Part shown: positions 1-10,095 of the stretch, piece by piece
Position numbering within the stretch: the first letter of the stretch is position 1
Layout of the letters: the number at the start of each line of letters is the position of its first letter
NCBI RefSeq assembly: GCF_019634815.1
Contig: NZ_JAHCAP010000007.1
Span: 29,194-93,193, forward strand
Reading direction: 5' to 3'
DNA from: Dokdonella sp.
Lineage (GTDB): Bacteria > Pseudomonadota > Gammaproteobacteria > Xanthomonadales > Rhodanobacteraceae
DNA: 64,000 nucleotides
The notes under the pieces: model-generated
What the model was told of the DNA's origin: nothing
The model's database searches: none
What the model saw: only the letters and a program-made list of their open reading frames with translations
Translations under genes and position numbers: made by a program

Positions 1-1328
1 GCCGAATGACTCAAGGGATAGCGGTCCCATACCAGCAGCTTTTCCATCGCCGGATCGTTGGCAAGCGGACGCAGGGCGGCAAGATGCTCGTCTGCCTGAC
101 CGAGATGCCCCTTGCGGACCGCGGCCATGCCCTGCGCGTAGTGCCAAATCGCGGTGACGTAGGGCAAGTCGGGCGCCGGGTTGCCTGCCGCGGAAACCTC
201 GTCCCAGCGACCAAAACGCACTCGCTCGAACCACGGCGTCAGCCAGTAATGCTGCAAGCCGGCGAATCCGGGCTGGCGCATCAAATCCTGAAGGTCGGTT
301 CGCTGTGCCGTGGCCGCTGCCGATGATTTGGCGAGCGCACTGCTGCCTTCCATGCTGGCGGCAAACCAGAGGAAATGGTGGTTGTGCGGTACATAGCCCA
401 GTGGATAGACACCTTGCGTGTTGCCGCGGCAGATCGCGAGATAGGCATCATCGGCCTCGATCGCGCGCTGATTGGCGATCACCGCGTCATGCCAGCGCCC
501 CACCCGCGCGTAGATGTGTGCGGGCATGTGCACGAGATGCCCCGAGCCGGGCACCAACTCGCGCAATCGATCAGCGGCATCGACGCCCCGTTGCGGATCA
601 GCCGAGGCCTCCACGGCATGCACATAAAGGTGCAAGGCACCGGCGTGATCGGGGCTGCGCGCAATCACCGACTCGAGAAGTTCGACGACCTCCGCCGTGT
701 TGCCCTTGGGCTGAAGCTGCGCGTCGTAGTAATCCCAGGGCTGCAGATCCATCAATGCCTCGGCATGGAGTACCGCGGCGTCGAGGTCCTGCGGGCGTTG
801 TCGCACCAGTTCACGCGTTGCCACCGCATACGCCTCGTCGAGCGCCCGACGATCCTGCGGCGGTTGCTGCGCATATCGTGCGGAAAGCGCGGTGATGAAG
901 GCTTGCTCGCGCTCACTCGCCTTGGGCGCGAGAGCGATGGCCTTCTGCAGTCGCGTCCATGCATCGTCATTGTCCGCCGGATCCATGCCCGCATTGACGT
1001 GCGGCCCGAGCACCAGCGAGGCACCCCACCAGCACATGGCACATGCGGGATCGAGTTCGGCAGCCTTGAGAAACGAGCGTTCGGCAGCGTCGTGATTGAA
1101 GCCGAACGTCAGCATCAATCCCTGATCAAACCAGCGCTGCACTTCCGGATGACTGCTGGTGACCGGAAACCGGTGGCTGCCCAATCCATCAAGCAGATTC
1201 GCACCAACCGCCGCAAGTTCAGGGGCAGACACCTTGGCGACCTCATCGGTGGTGGCGGGCTTGCGGCAAGCGGCAAGCGCGAGCAGGGCCAGGACGCAGG
1301 GCAGGAGCCGAGTGCTCATGGTTTTCAT
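1..1328 (-). CDS. Conserved TPR-like lipoprotein, 3' end truncated by window edge (>442 aa)
   Basis: Own translation of the minus strand from ATG 1328: MKTMSTRLLPCVLALLALAAC (lipobox-like)...FPVTSSHPEVQRWFDQGLMLTFGFNHDAAERSFLKAAELDPACAMCWWGASLVLGPHVNAGM; still in frame at the window edge (...WDRYPLSHS). Absent from ORF track because it has no stop in the window. Confidence 0.75.
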   Translation of the reverse strand, partial: MKTMSTRLLPCVLALLALAACRKPATTDEVAKVSAPELAAVGANLLDGLGSHRFPVTSSHPEVQRWFDQGLMLTFGFNHDAAERSFLKAAELDPACAMCWWGASLVLGPHVNAGMDPADNDDAWTRLQKAIALAPKASEREQAFITALSARYAQQPPQDRRALDEAYAVATRELVRQRPQDLDAAVLHAEALMDLQPWDYYDAQLQPKGNTAEVVELLESVIARSPDHAGALHLYVHAVEASADPQRGVDAADRLRELVPGSGHLVHMPAHIYARVGRWHDAVIANQRAIEADDAYLAICRGNTQGVYPLGYVPHNHHFLWFAASMEGSSALAKSSAAATAQRTDLQDLMRQPGFAGLQHYWLTPWFERVRFGRWDEVSAAGNPAPDLPYVTAIWHYAQGMAAVRKGHLGQADEHLAALRPLANDPAMEKLLVWDRYPLSHS

Positions 1329-1776
1329 GCATGTCCCCAGAGGGTGGAATTCAGCGTGATTCGACGGCGCCACGGGCGGGCATTCCAGCGCCGATCCGGC
1401 CCGGGCGGCAGCGAGCCGCCATCTTCCTTCGGGCCGGGGAACGGTGCAATGTGCATGCACGACTCCATCCAGCCGGGTTCCTGCAAGATCGCGCCGGGGA
1501 GCAGCCAGGCCAGGCCTGATCATGCTGCATCGACCCGGAGAGACCTTCGCGGGCCGGCCGCGGACGCACGTACTTGTCGGTGGAATTTGGCGCCCAGATC
1601 CACGCTCGGTTTGCGGTGGTCGCCTGCACCGCCCGCTGTCCGGCCATCGGCGCCGGTCCGGCGTCGCCACTGGCATGCAGCTGAACACCGCGGCGCCTCC
1701 GGCCCGTCCGCAAGAAGCCCGCGACCCGCCCGGCGTTTTCCTTGCCCCGGCCGCGCATGCGTCCGACAATAGCGCC

Positions 1777-3672
1777 ATGATTGACAGTCAGCGTTATCCA
1801 CGCCTCGCCCGCATCGACTCGCCGGCGGACCTGCGTGAGTTTCAGGAAAGCGAGCTTCCGCAGATCGCGCAGGAATTGCGCGACTACCTGATCGAGTCGG
1901 TGGCGGCTTCGGGTGGGCACTTCGGTGCCAACCTCGGCGTGGTCGAACTGACCGTGGCCCTGCATTGGCTCTACGACACGCCGACCGATCGCCTGGTCTG
2001 GGATGTCGGCCATCAGGGCTATCCACACAAGATCCTAACCGGCCGCCGCGACCGCATCACCACGGTCAAGAAAAAGGATGGCGTGGCGCCGTTCCCCAAG
2101 CGCGACGAAAGCCCGTTCGACAGCTTTGGCGTGGGTCATTCCTCGACTTCGATCGGCGCCGCGCTGGGCATGGCGATCGCCGCACAGCGCAATGGCGATG
2201 CGCGCCGGATCGTCGCGGTGATCGGCGACGGCGCGATGACCGCGGGCATGGCCTTCGAGGCGCTCAATCACGGCGGCGACGTCGAGCCGGACATGCTGGT
2301 CATCCTCAACGACAACCAGATGTCGATCAGCGAGAACGTCGGCGCGCTGACCAAGATGCTGGCGCGGCTGATGTCGAGCCGCACGCTCAACAAGATCCGC
2401 GAGCGCGGCAAGTCGATGATGAAGCGCGATGGCCTGTTGTGGCGCGCGGCCAAGCGCTGGGAGGAGCATGCCAAAGGCATGTTCGTGCCCTCGACGCTGT
2501 TCGAGGAACTGGGTTTCCATTACACCGGCCCGATCGACGGCCACGACATTCCGCAACTGCTGACCACGCTGCGCACGCTCAAGGAACTCAAGGGCCCACG
2601 CCTGTTGCACGTGATCACCACCAAGGGCAAGGGCTACGCACCGGCCGAAGCGCATCAAATCGAATATCACGCGGTCGGCCCCTTCGATCCGCATCAGGGC
2701 GTGCTGAAGAAGGCCGCGCCGGCCAAACCGAGCTACACCGAAGTATTCGGCGACTGGCTGTGCGACATGGCCGCCGCCGAGCCGCGCCTGTACGGCATCA
2801 CGCCGGCGATGCGCGAAGGCTCGGGTCTGGTGCGGTTTTCCAGGGAATATCCGCAGCGCTATCTCGATGTCGGCATCGCCGAGCAGCATGCGGTGACGCT
2901 CGCCGCCGGCATGGCCTGCGAGGGCGCCAAGCCGGTGGTGGCGATCTATTCGACCTTCCTGCAACGCGGCTACGACCAGCTCATCCACGACGTCGCCTTG
3001 CAGGACCTGGACGTGCTGTTCGCGATCGACCGCGCCGGCGTGGTCGGGCCTGATGGCGCCACGCATGCGGGCAGTTTCGATCTGTCCTACCTGCGCTGCA
3101 TCCCCAACATGATCGTGATGGCGCCGTCCAATGAGGACGAATGCCGCAAGCTCCTCACCACCGGCTTCCTGCACAGCGGTCCGGCCGCGGTGCGCTACCC
3201 GCGCGGCACGGGTACGGGCGTCACGATCACGCCCGAGCTCGTGCCACTGCCGATCGGCAAGGCTGAAGTGCGTCGGCGTGGTCGCGGCATCGCCCTGCTC
3301 GCATTCGGCGCAATGGTCACGCCCGCCGCAAAGGCGGCCGAGACGCTCGATGCAACGCTCGTCGACATGCGCTTCGTCAAACCACTCGATGAAACCCTGC
3401 TGCACGAACTGTCCAAGTCACACGCGGCCTTCGTGACGATCGAGGACAACTCGATCATGGGCGGCGCCGGCAGTGCGGTCGGCGAATGGTTGCACGCGAG
3501 CGGCCTTGCGCTGCCCCTGCTCCAACTGGGTCTCTCCGACGCCTTCCTCGAACACGCGAGTCGCGACGAACTGCTTGCCCATGAAGGGCTGGACGTCGCC
3601 GGGATCGAAGCGGCCGTGCGCAGGCGCTTTGCCGATCTGCTTGCGGCCGCGGCGCTGCGCAACGCCGTGTAG
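1777..3672 (+). CDS. dxs: 1-deoxy-D-xylulose-5-phosphate synthase
   Basis: [31 protein letters not shown]...ILNDN TPP motif, [23 protein letters not shown]; start trimmed to [10 protein letters not shown] at 1777. Confidence 0.97.
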   Translation: MIDSQRYPRLARIDSPADLREFQESELPQIAQELRDYLIESVAASGGHFGANLGVVELTVALHWLYDTPTDRLVWDVGHQGYPHKILTGRRDRITTVKKKDGVAPFPKRDESPFDSFGVGHSSTSIGAALGMAIAAQRNGDARRIVAVIGDGAMTAGMAFEALNHGGDVEPDMLVILNDNQMSISENVGALTKMLARLMSSRTLNKIRERGKSMMKRDGLLWRAAKRWEEHAKGMFVPSTLFEELGFHYTGPIDGHDIPQLLTTLRTLKELKGPRLLHVITTKGKGYAPAEAHQIEYHAVGPFDPHQGVLKKAAPAKPSYTEVFGDWLCDMAAAEPRLYGITPAMREGSGLVRFSREYPQRYLDVGIAEQHAVTLAAGMACEGAKPVVAIYSTFLQRGYDQLIHDVALQDLDVLFAIDRAGVVGPDGATHAGSFDLSYLRCIPNMIVMAPSNEDECRKLLTTGFLHSGPAAVRYPRGTGTGVTITPELVPLPIGKAEVRRRGRGIALLAFGAMVTPAAKAAETLDATLVDMRFVKPLDETLLHELSKSHAAFVTIEDNSIMGGAGSAVGEWLHASGLALPLLQLGLSDAFLEHASRDELLAHEGLDVAGIEAAVRRRFADLLAAAALRNAV

Positions 3673-3683
3673 GGCAAATGCAC

Positions 3684-4694
3684 TCAGGCGGCGTAACCGC
3701 CAGCGACACCCTTGGTGACGAGCGCCACGGCATCGTGTGGATGCAGGCTTTCGTGGTGCGCGGCGCGAACGCGGAAGTCGACGATATGCGGGTCGGCATC
3801 GAGCACGCGCTGGATGCGCCGCGCGGCGTCCTCGCAGAACATGAGGTTCTGTCCGTTCGCCAGCGCAAATGCCTGTTCATCCTCGCGCTTGACCGCAGTC
3901 TGCACCGGCGTGCGCAGCGTGCTTTCGACCGCGTCGATCCAGGCATCGAGTGCGAAGCTTGCGCCTTCAGCCAGCCGCAGTTGCAGTTGCGCACTGCTGC
4001 GCTGGCTGTGGGGGGTGGCAACGATGCCCTCGCTGCTGCCGAGCCAGGCGAGCACGGCGTCGCGATCAAGCGGCGCAGCCAGCGGAAAATCCTGCGCGAA
4101 TTGCTGCTGGATCAATTGCCGCGCGAGCGCCGCCGATGCCGGGCAAGTACTCGAATACGTGATCTCGAGTCCGGCCTCGGCCACGAAGTTTTCGCGCACG
4201 AGACTGGCCGCGACTTCAACCGGATAGGAGCGCCAGCCACTGTGCGCGCTGGCCAGCGCCGCGCGGCGCACCAGATGATCGAAGCGGATCCGCACGCGCG
4301 CCCGCGTCGAAAGCTCGGCGTGCGAATGCAGGAACTCGCGCAGCAGGCGCCGCAGTCCCGTCGGGGCGAGCGGCTCGACCGCGAGGTGCCGTTCGAGCAG
4401 GAGGTACAGGCGCGACATGTGGATGCCGCGCGCATTGCTGCTGGACAGATCGACGAAGGCATCCACGCGCGCGCTCACACGCTGCGCGCGACCCTCGCCA
4501 TCCAGCACGAGCACCGGCATCTCGATGCATTCCATGCCCACCGCATCGAGCGCGCCGGCGTGATCGGCATGGCTTTCGAGCGCGATGTCGGGCAAGGCGC
4601 GGACGGAGGATTCTGGGGCAGACATGGGATCAGCGAGCGGGGCGTCGGTGCCGGATGGACTGAACGCATTGTAATTGGAGCGCGGCGCGGACAT
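3684..4694 (-). CDS. folE2: GTP cyclohydrolase IB (FolE2)
   Basis: LPDIA...VGME, RGIHMSRL, YSSTCPAS, TPHSQRS, QTAVKREDEQAF, NLMFCEDAARR, HHESLHPHDA. Start is either 4694 (1 nt gap after the upstream stop) or 4625. Confidence 0.9.
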   Translation of the reverse strand: MSAPRSNYNAFSPSGTDAPLADPMSAPESSVRALPDIALESHADHAGALDAVGMECIEMPVLVLDGEGRAQRVSARVDAFVDLSSSNARGIHMSRLYLLLERHLAVEPLAPTGLRRLLREFLHSHAELSTRARVRIRFDHLVRRAALASAHSGWRSYPVEVAASLVRENFVAEAGLEITYSSTCPASAALARQLIQQQFAQDFPLAAPLDRDAVLAWLGSSEGIVATPHSQRSSAQLQLRLAEGASFALDAWIDAVESTLRTPVQTAVKREDEQAFALANGQNLMFCEDAARRIQRVLDADPHIVDFRVRAAHHESLHPHDAVALVTKGVAGGYAA

Positions 4695-4695
4695 C

Positions 4696-5538
4696 TCAAG
4701 GGCTCGCCAACGCGGCTCCGGCGCGACGTGCACGCCAGGCGGCGAGCGTCGCGCGCAATGGCACGCGCGCAAGTCGGTCACACAATGCCTGCAAGGGCTC
4801 GGCGGCAGCCTGCGCGCGCCGCAGGCGCCAGCGATCGGCGCTGAGCGTCGCCGCGCTGATCGGGTCGAGTCCGTGCGGATCGACCGCATCGGCGTGAACG
4901 CGCAGTGCATCCAGCCATTCGCGCAGAAGCTCGGCCGAAGCCACGCCGGGCCGAGCGAGATCGCCACGCGCAAGCCGATGGCGTGCGAGCAGGTCGAGCG
5001 GCAGCGGCAAGCGACCCGCCGTCAGTGCGGCGGCCAGATTGGCGCATTCGCGCACGACACGGGCAAGACTGCGCGCCCGGCTCAGTGCTGCGACATCGAG
5101 CGGAGAAAACAACTGCGCCTGAATCCGTACCAGCGGCTGATACAGGGTGGCGAATTCGGCCAGCAGACCGTCCCCATCGCTGGCGGGCGCGGCCTCGCGC
5201 AAGCTGAAGGCCGCCGCGCACACGGTTTGCCACGACTCTGGCGCAACTCGCGCCAGCGGCACGGCGGCAGCCAGCGCCTGGGTCAGGGGATGACTGGCTT
5301 CACCTCGTCCGGCCGCGGCCAGTTCCTCCGTCCACCATTGCAGCTTGAACAGCGCCGGCTGCGGCTCGGCGATGCCGAACGCGGCGTACTCGAGCTCATG
5401 AACGAGGCAGGCGAAGGCCGCTTGCGCCGCGCGCAGCGGCTGCGGCGTGAAGGCCAGCGCAAGCTCGAGCTCGGGCGCGGTCTGTGCCCACTTGCCGATG
5501 AAGCTGCCGAGCACGCCGTCGTCGTCGACTTCGCTCAT
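4696..5538 (-). CDS. Squalene/phytoene synthase-like protein with degenerate Asp motifs
   Basis: KLQWW...HPL..AL and RLPLPLDLLARH segments typical of the fold; no DDxxD motifs; 4-nt overlap with gph stop. Confidence 0.7.
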   Translation of the reverse strand: MSEVDDDGVLGSFIGKWAQTAPELELALAFTPQPLRAAQAAFACLVHELEYAAFGIAEPQPALFKLQWWTEELAAAGRGEASHPLTQALAAAVPLARVAPESWQTVCAAAFSLREAAPASDGDGLLAEFATLYQPLVRIQAQLFSPLDVAALSRARSLARVVRECANLAAALTAGRLPLPLDLLARHRLARGDLARPGVASAELLREWLDALRVHADAVDPHGLDPISAATLSADRWRLRRAQAAAEPLQALCDRLARVPLRATLAAWRARRAGAALASP

Positions 5539-6197
5539 GCCCCGAGACCAAGCGCGACAATCAATTCGATCGGTGTGTCGACGATGCCATCGGCCTGCCA
5601 GGCCTGCGGCGGCTCGCCATCGAGATAGCCCCAGCCAGCGACTAGCGTGCGGGTTCCGGCAGCGCGTCCAGACACGACATCGCGCAGGTCATCGCCGACC
5701 ATCACCGCCTCGGCGGGCATGACGCCGAGCTGGGCGCAGGCATGCAGCACTGGCGCCGGATCGGGCTTGCGAACCGGCAAGGTATCGCCGGTCACGAGCA
5801 CGGCACTGCCGGCGAAAAACTCCATCTGCGCGAGCAGTGGCCGTGCCAGCCAACCCGGCTTGTTGGTGACGATGCCCCAGGCAATCGAACGCGCGGCAAG
5901 CGCTTCGAGCACCTCCTGGATGCCGTCATAGAGTCGCGTGTGTTGCAGCATCGCCACCGAATAGATGTCGAGAAAGCGCGGCAGCCACTGATCGATCATT
6001 GCTTCGTCGACTCCGGGCAGGCCCTTGCGCAGCATCGCGCGGCCACCAGCGGAGACGACCCGGCGCACATCCTCGAACGCTGGCTGCGGCGCACCCAGTT
6101 CGATGCAAAGTGACTGCACCGCGGCGACCAGATCGGGCGCCGAGTCGATCAAGGTGCCGTCGAGATCGAACAGCACCGCGCGCGGCGGCTGGTTCAT
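5535..6197 (-). CDS. gph: Phosphoglycolate phosphatase (HAD family)
   Basis: FDLDGTLIDS, IVTNK, RKPDPAP, MVGDDLRD motifs; ATG 6197 overlaps the ubiG stop. Confidence 0.85.
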   Translation of the reverse strand: MNQPPRAVLFDLDGTLIDSAPDLVAAVQSLCIELGAPQPAFEDVRRVVSAGGRAMLRKGLPGVDEAMIDQWLPRFLDIYSVAMLQHTRLYDGIQEVLEALAARSIAWGIVTNKPGWLARPLLAQMEFFAGSAVLVTGDTLPVRKPDPAPVLHACAQLGVMPAEAVMVGDDLRDVVSGRAAGTRTLVAGWGYLDGEPPQAWQADGIVDTPIELIVALGLGA

Positions 6198-6913
6198 GCA
6201 GGGCGCGTCGCGCAGGCGAGATAGTTCACCGCGACGCTGCGCGTGAGCCAGGCGCGGTGCGTGAATGGATTCCAGGCCAGGCCCGAGATGTCGTCGACGA
6301 CCAGACCTGCGACGCGCAGTGCCGCGGCCAATTCGCTCGGCTTGATGAACTGCGCATAGTGATGGGTGCCGCGCGGCAACAGCCGCAGCAGATGCTCGGC
6401 GCCGAGGATCGCCGCGCCGAACGCAATCGGCGTGCGATTGAGCGTGGAAACAAACAGCTTGCCGCCAGGTTTGAGCATGCGCGCACAGGCGCGCACCACG
6501 CTGCCCGGATCGGGCACGTGTTCGAGCATTTCCATGCAAGTGATGAGATCGAACGTGGACGGCATCGTCTCGGCGAGCGCCTCGGCCGATGTCTCGCGGT
6601 AATCGACTTCGAGTGCAGACTCGTGCAGGTGCAGGCGCGCGACATCGAGCAGGGCCGGCGCCAGATCGATCGCGGTGACCTGCGCACCGGCGCGCGCGAG
6701 CGCCTCGCTGAGCAGTCCCCCCCCGCAGCCGACATCGAGCGCACGCGCGCCCTTCGTCGCGGCACGCCCGGCGACATAGGCCAGCCGTACGGGATTGAGA
6801 TCGTGCAGCGGGCGCATCTCGCCCAGCGGATCCCACCAGCCAGCTGCGAGGCGCTCGAACCGGGCCGTCTCGGCAGGATCGACGTTGCCGGCAGTCGCGG
6901 CGGCAGAAGTCAT
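6194..6913 (-). CDS. ubiG: Ubiquinone biosynthesis O-methyltransferase
   Basis: NVDPAE..RF, WWDPLGEMRPLHDLNPVRL, LDVGCGGGLLSE, CMEMLEHVPDP. Confidence 0.95.
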   Translation of the reverse strand: MTSAAATAGNVDPAETARFERLAAGWWDPLGEMRPLHDLNPVRLAYVAGRAATKGARALDVGCGGGLLSEALARAGAQVTAIDLAPALLDVARLHLHESALEVDYRETSAEALAETMPSTFDLITCMEMLEHVPDPGSVVRACARMLKPGGKLFVSTLNRTPIAFGAAILGAEHLLRLLPRGTHHYAQFIKPSELAAALRVAGLVVDDISGLAWNPFTHRAWLTRSVAVNYLACATRPA

Positions 6914-8235
6914 GGCGCCAGACGCTCGCGCCAGCGCCGGGCCTTGTCCATCAGCTCGCTCGCATCGAGCCCGGTCAGTGCGCGATCGCGCAACTGGCGT
7001 CGGCCGGCAATCCAGACATCGCTCACCTGATGGCGACCGGCGGCATAGACGATCTGCGAGGTCACGTCGTAAAGCGGCTGGGTTTCCAGGTCATCGAGAC
7101 GGATCGCGGCCAGATCGGCCTGCTTGCCCACCTCGATGCTGCCGATGCGCGCCTCCCAGCCGAGCGCCCGCGCGCCGCCCAAGGTGGCCGCCCGCAGCGT
7201 GGCGGCAGCATCGAGTGCGCGGGCGTCACCCGCCACGGCCTTGGCGACCAGTGCCGCACTGCGCATCTCGCCAAGCATGTCGAGGTCATTGTTGCTGGCA
7301 CAGCCATCGGTGCCGATGGCGAGATTGACCCCACCGCGGCGCAGCTTTTCGGCAGGACAGAAACCCGATGCGAGCTTGAGGTTGGATTCCACGCAGTGCA
7401 CGACCGAAACACCGGCCTCGGCGCAGGCGGCGATCTCGGCATCCGTGAGCTGGGTCATGTGCACGGCGATCAGATGATCGTTGACCAGACCCAGAGACTG
7501 GATGCGCGCGAACGGGCGCGCGCCATGCTCGCGGCGCGAGTCATCGATTTCCTGTGCGGTCTCGTGCAGGTGCAGGTGCACCGGCAGGTCGAGCTGGTCG
7601 GACAACACGCGGATGCGCTCGAAACTCGCATCGGCCACGGTGTATGGCGCATGCGGCGCAAGCGCAGTCCCGATCAAGGCCTCGCTGCGATATTCGTCGT
7701 GGACGGCCAGTCCCTTCTCGAAATACTCGTCGCGGCTCGCGGCCCATGCGGTCGGGAACTCGATCACCGGCAGGCCGACCATTGCGCGGAAACCCAGACG
7801 CCGATAAGTCGCGGCCTGCACGTCGGGGAAAAAATAGTTCTCGTTGCAGCACGTGGTGCCGCCGCGCAACATCTCGGCGACCGCATACTCCACCCCGTCG
7901 CGCACGAACTCCGCGCTGAGCGCGCGCGCCTCGGCCGGCCAGATGTGCCCCTGCAACCATTCCATCAGCGGCAGGTCATCAGCGAGCCCGCGCATCAGCG
8001 CCATCGGATTGTGGGTGTGCGCGTTGATCAGGCCTGGAATCAACGCGTGCCGTGCCAGCTCCACCCGCTCGCGCGGCGCAAAGCGCTCACGCGCCTGCGC
8101 CAGCGGCAGCACGGCAAGGATCGCGCCGCGCTCGATCGCAACCGCATGGCCTTCGAGAACGACGCCCTGCGGTTCAACCGGGATCAGCCAGCGCGGCTCG
8201 ATCAGCAGGTCGATGGGTTGCGGCGATGCAGGCAT
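6910..8235 (-). CDS. mtaD: TRZ/ATZ-family amidohydrolase, probable MTA/SAH deaminase
   Basis: PGLINAHTH, APHAPY, HLHET, AVH, GTDGCASNNDLDM; conserved position upstream of ubiG. Substrate is inferred. Confidence 0.8.
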   Translation of the reverse strand: MPASPQPIDLLIEPRWLIPVEPQGVVLEGHAVAIERGAILAVLPLAQARERFAPRERVELARHALIPGLINAHTHNPMALMRGLADDLPLMEWLQGHIWPAEARALSAEFVRDGVEYAVAEMLRGGTTCCNENYFFPDVQAATYRRLGFRAMVGLPVIEFPTAWAASRDEYFEKGLAVHDEYRSEALIGTALAPHAPYTVADASFERIRVLSDQLDLPVHLHLHETAQEIDDSRREHGARPFARIQSLGLVNDHLIAVHMTQLTDAEIAACAEAGVSVVHCVESNLKLASGFCPAEKLRRGGVNLAIGTDGCASNNDLDMLGEMRSAALVAKAVAGDARALDAAATLRAATLGGARALGWEARIGSIEVGKQADLAAIRLDDLETQPLYDVTSQIVYAAGRHQVSDVWIAGRRQLRDRALTGLDASELMDKARRWRERLAP

Positions 8236-8242
8236 CGGCGCG

Positions 8243-8809
8243 TCATTTGACCCGCGACATGTACTCGCCGGTACGCGTGTCGACCTTGATCTTTTCGCCT
8301 TGGGCGACGAACAAGGGCACACGCACCACCGCGCCGGTCTCGAGCTTGGCCGGCTTGCCGCCACCACCCGAGGTATCGCCACGCACGCCAGGATCAGTTT
8401 CGCTGATTTCCAGTTCGACGAAGATCGGTGGCGTCACCGTGAGCGGCGCGCCGTTCCACAGGGTCATGATGCACACTTCGTTGCCCTTGAGCCACTTGGC
8501 AGCATCGGCCATCGCGTTCTCGTCGGCGGCGATCTGCTCGTGCGAAGTGGGGTCCATGAAGTGCCAGAACTCGCCATCGGAATAGAGGAACTCCATGTCG
8601 GTGTCCATGACGTCGGCGGCATCGACCGAATCGGTCGATTTCATCGTCATTTCCTGGGTGCGACCGTTCTTGAGGTTGCGATACTTGACGCGGGTGAAGG
8701 CTTGGCCCTTGCCGGGCTTGACGTACTCGGTGTCGACGATCGTGCACGGATACCCGTCGACGATGATCTTCTGCCCGTTCTTGACATCGTTCATGCCATA
8801 ACTGGCCAT
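8243..8809 (-). CDS. efp: Elongation factor P
   Basis: VKPGKGQAF (Lys acceptor loop), [39 protein letters not shown]. Confidence 0.97.
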   Translation of the reverse strand: MASYGMNDVKNGQKIIVDGYPCTIVDTEYVKPGKGQAFTRVKYRNLKNGRTQEMTMKSTDSVDAADVMDTDMEFLYSDGEFWHFMDPTSHEQIAADENAMADAAKWLKGNEVCIMTLWNGAPLTVTPPIFVELEISETDPGVRGDTSGGGGKPAKLETGAVVRVPLFVAQGEKIKVDTRTGEYMSRVK

Positions 8810-8921
8810 GCGCAACTCCTGATATGAAAATTCGTGAACGCGCCACGCCGTGGGCGCGAATGCCGCCTGCATCCCGATACAATGGCCGGACGAACCATCC
8901 GGTCGGTCAAGCAATCCCGCC

Positions 8922-9965
8922 ATGATACCTGCTAGACGCCCGGTCGCGCAGCCAATCCGTTGGCAACAACTCTGGCGCGAAGCGGTCACCAATGCCCTTG
9001 AGCTGCTCGATCTGCTCGGGCTGTCGGCGCACGCCGAGAGCTTGCTGGCAGACGGCGACGCAGGCTTCCCGACCCGCGTTCCGCGCGGCTTCATTGCCCG
9101 CATGCGTCACGGCGATCCACGCGATCCGCTGCTGCTGCAGGTGTTGCCGCGTGCCGCCGAAGCCCTGGATGTACCCGGCTTCAGCGACGATGCGGTCGGC
9201 GATCTGGCCGCTCGAAGCACCAGCGGCGTATTGCGCAAGTACCACGGCCGCGCCCTGCTGATCGCCACCGGCTCGTGCGCGGTCAACTGCCGCTACTGTT
9301 TCCGCCGACACTTCCCCTATGCCGAGGAAACGGCCGCCGCAGGCCACTGGCAGGCGGCGCTCACCAGCATTGCCGCTGACACCTCGATCAGCGAGGTGAT
9401 CCTGTCCGGCGGCGATCCCCTGTCCCTGGGCACAGCCAAGCTCGCCGAGCTGGGCGCCGGACTGGCGCGGATACCCCACGTACGCCGCCTGCGCATCCAC
9501 AGCCGCCTGCCGATCGTGCTGCCCGAGCGCATCGATGAGGAATTCTGCAGCTGGCTCACCGACCTGCCGCTGCAGAAGGTGATGGTCGTACATGCCAACC
9601 ACGGCAATGAAATCGACGCCGCGGTGAGCGCCGCCTGTGCGCGTCTGCGCGAGTGCGGTGCGAGCCTGCTCAACCAATCCGTGCTGCTGCGCGGGGTGAA
9701 CGACAACGCGCCGGTGCTGGCCCGGCTGTCCGAGCGGCTGTTCGCCGCAGGCGTGTTGCCCTACTACCTGCACCTGCTCGACCGCGTGCGCGGCGCCGCC
9801 CATTTCGAGGTTGATGCTGCCTGCGGGCGCAGACTGATCGAAGAGCTGCGGGCATGCCTGCCCGGTTATCTGGTGCCGCGCCTGGTGCGTGAAATCGCCG
9901 GGGCGTCCAGCAAGATTCCGCTCGAAACCGCACCGATGATGGCGCCCGATGGCCGAATCGAGTAA
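8922..9965 (+). CDS. epmB: EF-P beta-lysylation protein (KamA-family radical SAM lysine 2,3-aminomutase)
   Basis: [50 protein letters not shown]; divergent from efp. Confidence 0.93.
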   Translation: MIPARRPVAQPIRWQQLWREAVTNALELLDLLGLSAHAESLLADGDAGFPTRVPRGFIARMRHGDPRDPLLLQVLPRAAEALDVPGFSDDAVGDLAARSTSGVLRKYHGRALLIATGSCAVNCRYCFRRHFPYAEETAAAGHWQAALTSIAADTSISEVILSGGDPLSLGTAKLAELGAGLARIPHVRRLRIHSRLPIVLPERIDEEFCSWLTDLPLQKVMVVHANHGNEIDAAVSAACARLRECGASLLNQSVLLRGVNDNAPVLARLSERLFAAGVLPYYLHLLDRVRGAAHFEVDAACGRRLIEELRACLPGYLVPRLVREIAGASSKIPLETAPMMAPDGRIE

Positions 9966-10095
9966 ATATCCACCCAAGAACCCGGTCGTGCTCGCACACG
10001 CCGGCCTGCCATCGGCCAGGACGCCGGCCTTTGCTCGTGCATGCGTCCGGGCCGATCTTCCCAGCCTGGCCGTTCACTGACCCTGACGCTTCCCC

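Noticed and set aside
375-1772. 465-aa plus-strand ORF, and similar long ORFs at 20002..21696, 26403..27971, 42044..43816, 45891..47444, 51345..53231 and 54016..55590
   Set aside because: Antisense shadows of real genes, as expected in GC-rich DNA; no motifs or RBS.
1329-1776. Riboswitch or SRP RNA upstream of dxs (GGAGAGACC, CCTGATC and GGAGCAGCCAGG fragments)
   Set aside because: The partner motifs are missing: no GCCGAAG/CTCTCAGG for glycine, no CTGAGA or TAATNCC for TPP, no CAGGTCCGGAAGG for SRP.
1444-1776. N-terminal extension of Dxs in the 742-aa ORF, and the apparent extensions of gph (to 6836), hsp20 (to 51262), spoIIM (to 29546) and DUF4350 (to 26862)
   Set aside because: Upstream in-frame sequence is low-information or overlaps neighbouring genes; family-typical starts with RBS or stop/start overlaps lie downstream.
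4626-4720. Zur box upstream of folE2
   Set aside because: No AT-rich TGTTAT-N-ATAACA-type palindrome; the region is coding for the upstream gene or the FolE2 N-terminus.
6717-6724. G8 tract in ubiG as a phase-variation site
   Set aside because: It encodes the conserved GCGGG SAM-binding loop of a housekeeping gene; expected in GC-rich DNA.
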